A stretch of DNA of 64,000 bases from assembly GCA_001780165.1 (NCBI GenBank), contig MFFQ01000026.1, positions 10,113-74,112 on the forward strand, given 5' to 3'. This document shows, piece by piece, positions 39,573 through 48,270 of this stretch (position 1 is the first letter of the stretch; each line of letters opens with the position of its first letter). This DNA comes from Candidatus Eisenbacteria bacterium RBG_16_71_46 (GTDB lineage Bacteria; Eisenbacteria; RBG-16-71-46). A model generated the notes under the pieces. The model had not been told where the DNA came from, did no database searches, and saw nothing but the letters and a program-made list of their open reading frames with translations. The translations under genes and the position numbers were made by a program.

Positions 39573-40118
39573 ATGACCGTCAGCTGTCCCCACTGCTCGA
39601 GCCGCTACCTTCTGCCCGAACGGCTCATGGGGAAGGCCGGGGCGAAGGTGCGCTGCCCCCAGTGCCGCAAGGCCTTCGTGGTCAGGAGCCCGGCCCCGGC
39701 CGATGAGAAGGCCTCCGGAGCGGCGCCCATCGAAGTCCCGCCGCCGGCCGAGGCGAAAGCGGCGGTGATCGCCACCGACGTTTCGGAGCCGGCCGAGGAG
39801 CAGCCCGCGGCGCGCGAGCCCCTGGAGGCCGGGACCGCGACCCACGGCCGCGCCGCCGCCGGGCCGGAGCCCCCGCCCGGTGCGAGCCCGGCCGAGATCG
39901 CCCGCATCCTGCTCGACGATCTGAACGCGCGCTCCGGCGAGGCCATGGTCCAGGCCCTGGCGCGCGGCCATCTGTTCGCGGAATTCGGGCGGGACCTGGT
40001 GGCCGTCTTCGAGGAGTACCGCCGGCGCGCGGGCCCCGAAGCCGGCTCGGGGCCTTTCCGCGAAGCGCTCCGCGAGCGGTGGGGAGTGGACCTGAGCCCG
40101 GTGGCCGACAAGGACTAG
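39573..40118 (+). CDS. MJ0042-type zinc-ribbon domain protein with a Pro/Ala-rich linker.
   Basis: N-terminal CPHC-x14-CPQC zinc ribbon (MTVSCPHCSSRYLLPERLMGKAGAKVRCPQCRKAFVV), then a low-complexity linker and a C-terminal helical region. ATGs at 39495 and 39543 are alternative upstream starts. Confidence 0.55.
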   Translation: MTVSCPHCSSRYLLPERLMGKAGAKVRCPQCRKAFVVRSPAPADEKASGAAPIEVPPPAEAKAAVIATDVSEPAEEQPAAREPLEAGTATHGRAAAGPEPPPGASPAEIARILLDDLNARSGEAMVQALARGHLFAEFGRDLVAVFEEYRRRAGPEAGSGPFREALRERWGVDLSPVADKD

Positions 40119-40307
40119 CCTGGACTATTCAGTGCGCCGCCTGCGACCGCGATCTGCGCGCCATCCGCGGCGTCGTTCCACCGGCCGCTTCCTCGACGTG
40201 AGCGACACGGGACCCGCTTCGCGGGTGCCCCTCGCGGCCGGTGGAACTCCTTGCGGCTGTCGCGCATCTCGCGGTCTCGGCTGGCGGTTCATGAATAGTC
40301 CAGGCTA
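40116..40307. repeat. MITE-like palindromic element B (192 bp) with perfect 16-bp terminal inverted repeats.
   Basis: The left end is TAGCCTGGACTATTCA and the right end is its exact reverse complement TGAATAGTCCAGGCTA. The interior is itself a long imperfect palindrome. Its first three nt, TAG, form the stop codon of the zinc-ribbon gene. Confidence 0.75.
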
Positions 40308-40454
40308 GGCTCCGTCCGCAAACGCCCGCGGGCTGCGTTGCGCGGGCGGCTCTTCGCTCCGACGTGGCCGGGCACCGCGCGCAGCGTGGTCGGCCACGAC
40401 TCCGCTCCTCGCTCGACCGCGACGCCTTGCCCTCGGGCGTTTGCGAACGGGGCC
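40308..40454. repeat. Palindromic repeat element, family A, copy 2.
   Basis: GGCTCCGTCCGCAAACGCCC...GGGCGTTTGCGAACGGGGCC. The core matches copy 3 and the reverse complement of copy 1. It directly abuts element B. Confidence 0.85.
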
Positions 40455-40487
40455 TCTACCGCTGCCGCGCCCGCTGCCGGCGGGCGC

Positions 40488-41126
40488 CTACTTGAGCAGC
40501 TTGAAGGCGTGCCCCCACTCGTTGCGCAGGAGGCCCGGGATGCACCACAGCATGCACAGCGGCTCGATCGCACGGGCGGCCTGGACGCGGCCCATGTCCG
40601 CGGTTTCCCAGCCGAACTGATCGAGAACGCCGCTCACGGTCTGCTTGGCCTGCTCGTCGTCGCCGCAGATGAACATGGTGGGCTTGCCGCCCGGGTACTG
40701 CGGGTGGACCATGCGCGCGTTGCCGACGGAATTGAACGCCTTGACGAAGCGCGCGTCGCGGAACTCGCGCTGGAACCGCTCCATGAGCGATTCGTCGAGG
40801 CTGGTGAAGAATTTCAGCACGCCATGGGTGGGCGGTGCGTCCGCGATCGGGTTGGTCGCGTCGATCACCGGCTTGCCCGCGAGGTTCGACGTCCCCGCGG
40901 CGCGCAGGGCGTCGGCCGCCACCGAGCCCTTGACGGCGAGCACGATCAGCTCGCCGAAGCCCGCCGCGCCGGCGAAGCTGCCGGTGCGGCCCTTGGGATT
41001 CTGGGCCGCCCACTCCGCCAGCTTGGCGGGCGTCCGCGTCCCGAGCATCACCTCGTGGCCGTGTTGAAGAAAGCCGCCGGCCAGCGCCTTGGCCACGTCA
41101 CCCGATCCGAGAATTCCGACCTTCAT
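40488..41126 (-). CDS. NADPH-dependent F420 reductase-like NAD(P)-binding oxidoreductase (NpdG family).
   Basis: The N-terminus MKVGILGSGDVAKALAGGF is a Rossmann GxGxxG motif. Length 212 aa. GGGGGAG lies upstream. The track ORF 40488..41414 is over-extended. Confidence 0.65.
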   Translation of the reverse strand: MKVGILGSGDVAKALAGGFLQHGHEVMLGTRTPAKLAEWAAQNPKGRTGSFAGAAGFGELIVLAVKGSVAADALRAAGTSNLAGKPVIDATNPIADAPPTHGVLKFFTSLDESLMERFQREFRDARFVKAFNSVGNARMVHPQYPGGKPTMFICGDDEQAKQTVSGVLDQFGWETADMGRVQAARAIEPLCMLWCIPGLLRNEWGHAFKLLK

Positions 41127-41346
41127 GCCGTGCTCCCCCTGGAAGAGTCGCTCGCATCGCGCGAGACGAGTGGACTCCGGCCCGCGCCTGCGGTGCGGAT
41201 CGGAGGAGGTTTTGCAGCCAGGGCGCGACCCGCATCGCGCGCCCGACGCCGGGCAGCTTGCGCTCGGCGGGCGATGCCGGCGACCGCGGACGCCCACCCG
41301 CCGCGTTGGCTTGGATGAGTCGAAGCCGCCATTGGCTCGGGCTTTT

Positions 41347-41931
41347 TCAAGCGGCTCCGCGGTGCGCCGTCCCACAACGCGCCGACGGAACGCCCTCCCG
41401 CACGGGCTCGACACTCCTCCGCCGCCGGGCGAGGAGCAGCGCGCCGAGTCCCCGAGCGAGCGCCATGAGCGGGCCCCGCCGCCCGGCGTAGAGGCCGAGG
41501 ACGTAGGCCCAGCCGATCGGATAGCCGCGCCGCGCCTTCCTCGCCAGCGGTCCGAGCCGCTCGAAACCGGCGTGCTCGAGCTCGACGCGCGTGCGGCCGG
41601 CCGCCGCGGTGAAGCGCACCTCGATGTCCTGCGCGATGGCGGGATCGCGCCCGGGGTGCCAGGTGAAGGCCACCCGGCGCGGCGGGTCCCATGCGGTCAC
41701 GGTTCCCCAGACGCTCTCGCGCCCGCCGCGGATGCGCTCGACGATGCGACCGCCCACCCGGCCTTCCATCGTCACGCCCTCCGCCTCGCCTTGTCCCACC
41801 GAATGCGAGGCGAGCGGCCACCAACTCGCCATCTCGGCGGTGAACCGATGGAACGCCTGCTCGGGAGAGGCTTTGACGGTCACGATCTTTCGAATCGGGG
41901 TGAACACGGGAGTGGTTTGGGGCCTGGTCAT
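41347..41931 (-). CDS. SRPBCC-superfamily protein (AHSA1/activator-of-Hsp90-ATPase-like).
   Basis: The N-terminus IVTVKASPEQAFHRFTAEMASWWP matches the AHSA1/polyketide-cyclase fold pattern. The start was chosen at MTRPQ, which overlaps the upstream ArsR-like stop (ATGA). The C-terminal ~40 aa are unusually long. Confidence 0.55.
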   Translation of the reverse strand: MTRPQTTPVFTPIRKIVTVKASPEQAFHRFTAEMASWWPLASHSVGQGEAEGVTMEGRVGGRIVERIRGGRESVWGTVTAWDPPRRVAFTWHPGRDPAIAQDIEVRFTAAAGRTRVELEHAGFERLGPLARKARRGYPIGWAYVLGLYAGRRGPLMALARGLGALLLARRRRSVEPVREGVPSARCGTAHRGAA

Positions 41932-42140
41932 GGGTCTCGCTCCTCGCAGGACCGTGCGTGGCTCCTGAGCACCTCGGTCCACATGCGATCCGCGTACGCG
42001 CGCATCACCGCGATGCCCGCCGGATCGGCACGGTATAGGCGCCGGCGTCCGTCGGGCCGGCTCCGCACCAGCCGCGCCCGCCGCAGCACGGCCAGATGCT
42101 GGGACACCGCGCCGGCAAGCGCGGGATCCGCGTGGCGCCG
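41928..42140 (-). pseudogene. ArsR/SmtB-family HTH regulator, C-terminal half only (likely a truncated remnant).
   Basis: The minus-strand translation VSQHLAVLRRARLVRSRPDGRRRLYRADPAGIAVMRAYADRMW matches the recognition-helix and wing region of ArsR. No matching N-terminal half exists in any frame before the MFS gene end at 42163. Confidence 0.35.
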
Positions 42141-42162
42141 GCGGAAGCGGGGGCCTCGGGAG

Positions 42163-43560
42163 TTACGGGGCCTCCATCCGCCCCGACTCGCGCCGGCCCC
42201 CCAGGATGGTGAGCGCGCCCGCGAGCGCCACCAGTACGGCGCTCACCAGCAGCGCCGCCTCGGTCCCGAAGAAGCGCGTCACCCACGCCGCCACCGTCAC
42301 CGACGCCAGGAACATCAGGCGCATCAGGAAGTCGCGCGCGCTGAACACCCGCCCGCGCTGGCGCGGCTCGGTGCCCTCCTGGAGCAGGGTCTCGGAGAGC
42401 ACGAAGGCCGGCGCGGCGGAAAGGCCGATCAGGAACCCGGCGATCGCGAACACGGCGAATCGCGTGCTCACCGCGAAGACCACCAGGCCCGCGCCCACCA
42501 GCACCAGGCCGCCGCCGAGCAGCACCGGGCGGGGCAGCCGGCGCCCGTGCGTGTTCACCCACCAGGTGCCGAGCCCGGCGCCGAGGCCGAGCACGGTGAG
42601 CAACACGCCCAGCCGCTCCATGCCGGGGATCGCCGCCGCCCGCTGGATGTGCTGATTGCCGGCCACGTGCAGGAAGCCGCCGCCGATCCACACCGCGGAG
42701 AGTCCGATCAGCGCCACCCACACCGCCCGCCGTCGGCGGGTGAGGCGCCAGCCCTCGCGCACCTCCTGCAGGTAGCTTCCCGCCGAGATCTCGGGCGGTG
42801 GGGTCGTGACCGCGTGCGGCTGGTAGCGGACGAGCGCGAGCGCCACGACCGAGACCAGGTAGGTGCCGGAGTTGATCAGCAGCGCGGTGGGCCAGCCCCA
42901 GTGATCCACGATCCATCCACCGAGCAGCGCTCCAATCGCGGTGGAGGCGATGCCCGCCCCCGACAGCAGGGCGTTCGCGGTGAGCAGCTGCTTCGGGGCC
43001 ACGATCTCCGGGGTGATGGCGCTCTTCGCCGGGAGAAAGAAGACGTTGGCGGTGAACAGGGCGAAGACCAGCGCGTAGACCGGCACCGTGTGGTGGAGCA
43101 TCGCGTAGGCGAGCGGGATGAGCAGCACGATGACCGCGCGGATGAGATCGGAGACGATCAGCACCCGCTTGAGGTTCATCCGGTCCACCCAGGCGCCGGT
43201 GAACGGGGCGAACAGCAGCACCGGCGCGAGCATGACGTTGGCGAGCAACGACAACAGCCAGGGGGAGTTGGGATCCCGGAACTGGCGGGTGTGCTCGGCG
43301 AGCAACCCGACCAGGGCCAGGTAGGTGAGCCGCTCGCCGAGAATCGAGATGAGCTGCCCCCACCACAGCGCCGCGAAGTTGCGCTGGGTGAGGATGGGCG
43401 GCGGCTCTGGGGCCCCTGGGCCGTCCGGCGGCTCACCGTCGCCGGCGGTCGCTCCGGCGCTCGTCGCGGTCGAACGACTCGGGCGTTTCGACCGTGTGAG
43501 TCCGTGCACGCGACGCCTCTCCGCTCGATGCCCGCCGGGGTGCGGCGCGCCCGCACCCAT
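42163..43560 (-). CDS. MFS transporter.
   Basis: Twelve to fourteen predicted TM helices, with RNFAALWWGQLIS at the N-terminus. The N-terminal ~60 aa are low-complexity, so the true start may be internal. Confidence 0.7.
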   Translation of the reverse strand: MGAGAPHPGGHRAERRRVHGLTRSKRPSRSTATSAGATAGDGEPPDGPGAPEPPPILTQRNFAALWWGQLISILGERLTYLALVGLLAEHTRQFRDPNSPWLLSLLANVMLAPVLLFAPFTGAWVDRMNLKRVLIVSDLIRAVIVLLIPLAYAMLHHTVPVYALVFALFTANVFFLPAKSAITPEIVAPKQLLTANALLSGAGIASTAIGALLGGWIVDHWGWPTALLINSGTYLVSVVALALVRYQPHAVTTPPPEISAGSYLQEVREGWRLTRRRRAVWVALIGLSAVWIGGGFLHVAGNQHIQRAAAIPGMERLGVLLTVLGLGAGLGTWWVNTHGRRLPRPVLLGGGLVLVGAGLVVFAVSTRFAVFAIAGFLIGLSAAPAFVLSETLLQEGTEPRQRGRVFSARDFLMRLMFLASVTVAAWVTRFFGTEAALLVSAVLVALAGALTILGGRRESGRMEAP

Positions 43561-43645
43561 CGCCCGAAACGTGCCCCCCGCTCCCGCGGGCGAGAAGCGC
43601 TGCGCGTGCGGCCGCCGGATCGCGTCCCGCCCTGACCGCCCGAAG

Positions 43646-44452
43646 CTACGACGCGCCGCGGCCGCGGCGCAACCGCCGGCGTGGGGCGCCGGGCCCCGGG
43701 CGCGCCCGCCGCTCGGCCTGGTCCAGAGCGCGCGCGATCGCCACGGTGCGGAACGCCGCGGTGGCGGTCGAGGCCAGGGCGATGAAGGCCACCGCCAGTA
43801 CCAGCAAGCTGCCCGCGGCCCAGTGGAGGGCGGTGACCGCCACCGGATCGAGCAGCGACGCCAGCGCGAGCAGCACCAGGCGTTCGGCGCGCTGCATCAG
43901 CCCGCCGCGAAAGCTCACCCCCAGGCCCTCGCCGCGGGCGCGCGTGTAGCTGACCAGCAGCGAGCCGCCCAGGGCCAGGGCCACCGCGAGGATCCTCAGC
44001 GGCGACCCGGCGTAGAACATGGCCATGCCGGCGAAGGCGAAGGCCTCGGCGAATCGATCGAGCGTGGAATCCAGAAACGCGCCCGCGGGCGAGATCATGC
44101 CGCGCGCGCGCGCGATGCGGCCGTCGAAGACGTCGGCCGCGCCGCCGAGCAGCACCAGCCAGCCGCCCGCCGCCGGGGCGCCCTGAGCGTAGGCCACCCC
44201 GGCCGCCGCACCGAGGCCCACGCCCGCGAGATTGAAGACCAGCGGGGACACGCGGGCGCGCACCAGCGCCCGCTCGAGCGGCGCGATGACCCACATCAGC
44301 CAGTCGCGCACCCAGTGGCCGAGCAGCACGGTGGTGGGGCGGGCCGCCACCTCGGGGTCGCGGGGCCGTCCGCGCGAGACCAGCGCGTAGAGCGGCATGG
44401 TGAGCAGCAGGGCGGCCGCCGCGGCCAGAGCGAAGGCGTCGAGCGGGCTCAT
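43646..44452 (-). CDS. CDP-alcohol phosphatidyltransferase family protein.
   Basis: Catalytic motif DVFDGRIARARGMISPAGAFLDSTLDRFAE (D-G-x2-A-R-x8-G-x3-D-x3-D). Six TM helices. Length 268 aa. Confidence 0.8.
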   Translation of the reverse strand: MSPLDAFALAAAAALLLTMPLYALVSRGRPRDPEVAARPTTVLLGHWVRDWLMWVIAPLERALVRARVSPLVFNLAGVGLGAAAGVAYAQGAPAAGGWLVLLGGAADVFDGRIARARGMISPAGAFLDSTLDRFAEAFAFAGMAMFYAGSPLRILAVALALGGSLLVSYTRARGEGLGVSFRGGLMQRAERLVLLALASLLDPVAVTALHWAAGSLLVLAVAFIALASTATAAFRTVAIARALDQAERRARPGPGAPRRRLRRGRGAS

Positions 44453-46233
44453 CGGCCCCGCCCGGACCGGCGTCCGCGCAGGACGCGGATCGCCTTGGCC
44501 CACAGGAACACCAGCGGCCAGCGGCGCTCGCGACCGGTGAGCTCGATGGTCACGCCGGCACGTCGCTCGACCTTGTGCACCACGTAATCGAGCCAGCCGT
44601 CGTAGAGCGCCACGTACTTGCCCCAGCGCAGTGTCGCCCGCGCCTTGCTGGCGGCGAGGAAGCCGCGTGACCGCAGCCGAGCGAGCCGGCCCGGCGGACG
44701 CGGATCCCGGTACGCCGCGCCGTCGCGCGCGACCCGGCCGCGGGCCGCGAGGTGCTCGAGCAGGGCGGCGTACATCGGCGACAGGGTCTCGCGCTGGGCC
44801 GCGATCAGCGCGTCGAGGCGCTCCGCGCCCTCCGGGCGGATCTCGGCGGCGTAGGAAACCCGCAGGAGCGCCGTCCAGTAGGATTCGGCCGCGAAGCTCG
44901 AGGGGAGGTGGGCGCGGCCCCAGTCGAAGGTCGCCGCCCGTGCCGCGACCAGCGCGTCGACGACCGTCGCGCGCGCGGCATCGTCGCGGGCCCAGGCGAG
45001 TTGGACCTGCTGGAACAGGCGCGCGCGCGTGAAGTTGTCCTTCGCCCGCGGCGAGCAGGCGCGCCTGAGGTCGGCGAGGCTCAGGACCGCGCACTTGGCC
45101 TCCTCAGGCGGGCTCCCGGCCGAGACCGCGATCACGTTCGGCGGCAGCATCCGGTTGAGCAGGGCCGCTCCCGCCGGGGCGAGCCGCAGCCGCCCGGTCG
45201 CCGCCAGCGCCCGGTAGCCCTCGGCGTAGCGCTCCAGGATCACGAAATAGTCGCGAGCGCTATCCGCGGTCACGCCCGATCCCTGGGCGTGGGAGCCGTA
45301 GTGGAGGAGGGCGAGCGTGCCCGGTCCGAAGGCGCGGGCCAGGCCGCCGGCGATCCGCGCCGCGGCCGGGTCCGGCGGATGCTCCAGATCGCGCGCGAGG
45401 GCCGCGCGCAGGGCGGGATCAGCAGGCGGCATCGGCATGCCGCGAGGTGGCGGGGGGGCGGCGCGCATCCGCCCCAGGGCTTCGACCATGCGCGCGCGCA
45501 GCTCGCGAACGAAGCCGTCGTGAGCCGCGGGGTCGGCAGGGGCGGTGAACGGACCCAGCACCACCGCGCGGGCGGATGTCCCCGCGAGCCGGCGCGCGAC
45601 GTCGCCCAGGGTCCGCAGCCGCCACCAGCCGTCCACCACGACGGCATAGACCGGGCGGCCCGCGACGCGGGGGAGGATGATCCGCAGGCCCGAGGTCATG
45701 AAGGGCAGCATCTCACCATTGCGTGAGCGATGTCCTTCGGGAAAGATCAGCAGGGATTGCTCGCCTCGGGCGACCTCGTCGGCCGCGGCCGCCAGGGTTT
45801 CCCGCTCCTTTTCGGTGACCCGGCCGCCCTGGGCGACGAACGGGCAGCGGGCGAGGTGCATGATGTAGGAGATCCCCGGGATCCCCCGCGCATAGCTTGC
45901 GCGCGTCGGAATGAGCGGGTAGGGTCCCGGCCCGAGCAGGAAGGCCAGCGGCACGTCGAACAGCGACTGGTGATTCATCAGCACGAGACAGCTCTCCCCG
46001 GGGAGGGCGCCCTCGACCTCCAGCCGCAGGCCGGCCAGCCGCCGGGCCGGCGCCAGGACCGCGCGGGCCTGGAGTCGAAGCCACGCCCGCATCAACGCCC
46101 GGCGGCTGGCCGGGCGCAAGGCGACCAGCGGCCCGATGACCAGGCGTTGGATGGGCGCCATGATGAACAGGACGTAGGTGGAGTAGACTGCGAGAAATAG
46201 GAGGCTACGCCCTGCTCGGCTCAGTCGCGTCAC
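44449..46233 (-). CDS. Fusion protein: N-terminal lysophospholipid acyltransferase (PlsC/AGPAT-like) plus C-terminal nucleotidyltransferase-fold domain (Tam41/Mmp37-like).
   Basis: LPLAT motifs NHQSLFDVP (HX4D) and FPEGHRS lie in the N-terminal ~300 aa. The C-terminal ~330 aa carry an NTase-like G-S-x10-DxARD pattern (LLHYGSHAQGSGVTADSARDYFVILE). The start is ambiguous: GTG at 46233, ATG at 46161, or ATG at 46302. One TM helix lies upstream of ATG 46161. Confidence 0.6.
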   Translation of the reverse strand: MTRLSRAGRSLLFLAVYSTYVLFIMAPIQRLVIGPLVALRPASRRALMRAWLRLQARAVLAPARRLAGLRLEVEGALPGESCLVLMNHQSLFDVPLAFLLGPGPYPLIPTRASYARGIPGISYIMHLARCPFVAQGGRVTEKERETLAAAADEVARGEQSLLIFPEGHRSRNGEMLPFMTSGLRIILPRVAGRPVYAVVVDGWWRLRTLGDVARRLAGTSARAVVLGPFTAPADPAAHDGFVRELRARMVEALGRMRAAPPPPRGMPMPPADPALRAALARDLEHPPDPAAARIAGGLARAFGPGTLALLHYGSHAQGSGVTADSARDYFVILERYAEGYRALAATGRLRLAPAGAALLNRMLPPNVIAVSAGSPPEEAKCAVLSLADLRRACSPRAKDNFTRARLFQQVQLAWARDDAARATVVDALVAARAATFDWGRAHLPSSFAAESYWTALLRVSYAAEIRPEGAERLDALIAAQRETLSPMYAALLEHLAARGRVARDGAAYRDPRPPGRLARLRSRGFLAASKARATLRWGKYVALYDGWLDYVVHKVERRAGVTIELTGRERRWPLVFLWAKAIRVLRGRRSGRGR

Positions 46234-46300
46234 GAGGGACCGAGGCTGCGAGCCGGGGACCGCGGAGTCGGTGGGTGGGTCGTCCAAGCGGAGGGCACCC

Positions 46301-47575
46301 ATGGCAGCTCGGATGGACGTGAGAATCAAGGAAGAATTCTCCGATTACGACTACAGTAGCTTCTATTACTCGTCAAGCGACGACGTCTTCGCGATCCTCG
46401 ATCCCTACACCCGCTGGTACGACGAGGCGCAGCTCCGCGGCTACCACCTCTACGCCCAGCCGATGTCCACGCGCCCGCGCACGCGCATCGACCTCGAGGA
46501 CAAGCTCGATCGGAAGCGCGTCAATCTGCTCAACCTGTCGTCGTACAATTACCTGGGATTGTCCTACCGCGCCGAGGTGCTGGACGCCGCACGCCGCGCC
46601 CTAGACCAGTACGGACTCGGCGCCTCGGGCTCGCCGGTGCTCAGCGGCACCATGGACGTCCACCTCGAGCTCGAGCGCGAGCTGGCGGCCTTCAAGCGCA
46701 AGCCGGCGGCGATGCTGTTCCCCACCGGCTACAGCACCAATGTCGGCCTGATCCAGGGCCTGATGCGCCCCGGAGACCTCATCGTCGCCGACCAGAACTC
46801 CCACGCCAGCATCGTGGACGGCGCCATCCTGTCCAAGGCCGAGGTGCGCTTCTTCAAGCACAACCTCCCCGAGGAGGTCGAGCGCAAGCTGCGGGGCGCC
46901 ACGGGCAAGAAGCTGGTGATCGTCGAGGGCGTCTACTCCATGGACGGCGACGTCTGCCGCCTGCCCGAGATCGTCGAGATCGCGCGACGCCACGGCGCCC
47001 GCGTGATGATCGACGAGGCCCACTCGAGCTTCATCTACGGCGAGAGCGGCCGCGGGGTGGCCGAGCACTTCGGGCTCGAGGACGAGATCGACATCCACGT
47101 CGGCACCCTGTCCAAGGCCCTCGGCGGCCAGGGCGGTTTCGTCGCCGGCTCCGAGAGCCTCTACAAGTACCTGCAGGGCTTCGCCCGCGCGCGGCTGTTC
47201 TCCTGCGCGCTGTCGCCGGTGGTCGCCGCGGGCGTGCTGGAGGCGCTGCGCATCGCGGCGCGCGAGCCCGAGCTGCGGGCCCGGTTGTGGGACAACGTCG
47301 CCTATATCCGCAGCCGGCTCCGCGAGGAGGGCATCGACACCGGAGAGTCGACCTCGCAGGTGATCCCGGTGCTGGTGCGCAACGACCGCCGGATCTTCGA
47401 GATCGCCCGCCGGCTCCAGGATGCCGGCCTCTACCTGCAGCCGATCGTCTACCCGGCCGTGGCCAAGCACCGCTCGCGGTTCCGCATCTCGGTCTCGGCG
47501 GCGCACACCCGCGAGCAGCTCGACGAAGGGGTGGGGATCCTCGCCCGCGTCCTGCGCGAGGAGGGCGTGCGATGA
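46301..47575 (+). CDS. Alpha-oxoamine synthase family PLP-dependent acyltransferase (serine palmitoyltransferase/BioF/KBL-like).
   Basis: NLSSYNYLGL, a DEAHS motif and the PLP-lysine motif GTLSKALGG. A ~85-aa N-terminal extension resembles Spt more than KBL/BioF. ATG at 46313 is an alternative start. Confidence 0.8.
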   Translation: MAARMDVRIKEEFSDYDYSSFYYSSSDDVFAILDPYTRWYDEAQLRGYHLYAQPMSTRPRTRIDLEDKLDRKRVNLLNLSSYNYLGLSYRAEVLDAARRALDQYGLGASGSPVLSGTMDVHLELERELAAFKRKPAAMLFPTGYSTNVGLIQGLMRPGDLIVADQNSHASIVDGAILSKAEVRFFKHNLPEEVERKLRGATGKKLVIVEGVYSMDGDVCRLPEIVEIARRHGARVMIDEAHSSFIYGESGRGVAEHFGLEDEIDIHVGTLSKALGGQGGFVAGSESLYKYLQGFARARLFSCALSPVVAAGVLEALRIAAREPELRARLWDNVAYIRSRLREEGIDTGESTSQVIPVLVRNDRRIFEIARRLQDAGLYLQPIVYPAVAKHRSRFRISVSAAHTREQLDEGVGILARVLREEGVR

Positions 47576-48270
47576 AGGGGGCCGGTCCGTGCCGCTACCA
47601 GTATCGTGACGCGATCAACGGCTTCTTCGAGATCCCGACCGGGACCGCCCACGCCATCCTGCCCGCGGGCCTGCAGCCGGTCGAGCCGCATCACGGCTCG
47701 AGCGTGCTGGGTGTCACCGCGTTCGAGTTCCACGATTCCCCGGCCGGCGCCTATCGCGAGATCGCGCTCTCGATCTCGGTGGCGCCTCGCATCCTCGCGG
47801 GCGAATCCATGCCGCGCGCCGCGCTCTATCCGTTCCTGGTCGCCACCACCACGCGCGCCTCGCGCCAGCACGGCATCGAGGTCTGGCGCCTGCCGCACCA
47901 CGACCGCGACCTCGAGATCGCGTTCGACCGCGGCGAGCGCCGGGTGACCGTGACCGCCTCCGAGGGCCGACGCCGGCTCCTCGCGCTCACCGTCTTCGAC
48001 GCGCCTGAGGCCAACTGGCAGTCGGTCGAGCACCGCTACCAGACCTTTTCGCGTGACGACTCGGGGTCCTACCTCTCGGCGCTCGAGATGAGCGGTCCGT
48101 TCATGGAGCACGAAGAGGAGCGCGGCCGGCTCGAGCTGGAGCCCCGCGCCTTCTCCGCCGCATTCGACCTCGGCGACATCGACCCCGTTCCCTTCCGCGA
48201 GCAGTGGATGAAGGACGGGGTGGAGACCATCCATCCGCTCCAGCCGCTGGTGACGCACGCGGCACGATGA
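47572..48270 (+). CDS. Acetoacetate-decarboxylase-like (ADC-fold) protein.
   Basis: 232 aa. YQYRDAINGFFEIP and internal beta-rich segments suggest an ADC-like fold. ATGA overlap with the upstream gene. Confidence 0.4.
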   Translation: MKGAGPCRYQYRDAINGFFEIPTGTAHAILPAGLQPVEPHHGSSVLGVTAFEFHDSPAGAYREIALSISVAPRILAGESMPRAALYPFLVATTTRASRQHGIEVWRLPHHDRDLEIAFDRGERRVTVTASEGRRRLLALTVFDAPEANWQSVEHRYQTFSRDDSGSYLSALEMSGPFMEHEEERGRLELEPRAFSAAFDLGDIDPVPFREQWMKDGVETIHPLQPLVTHAAR

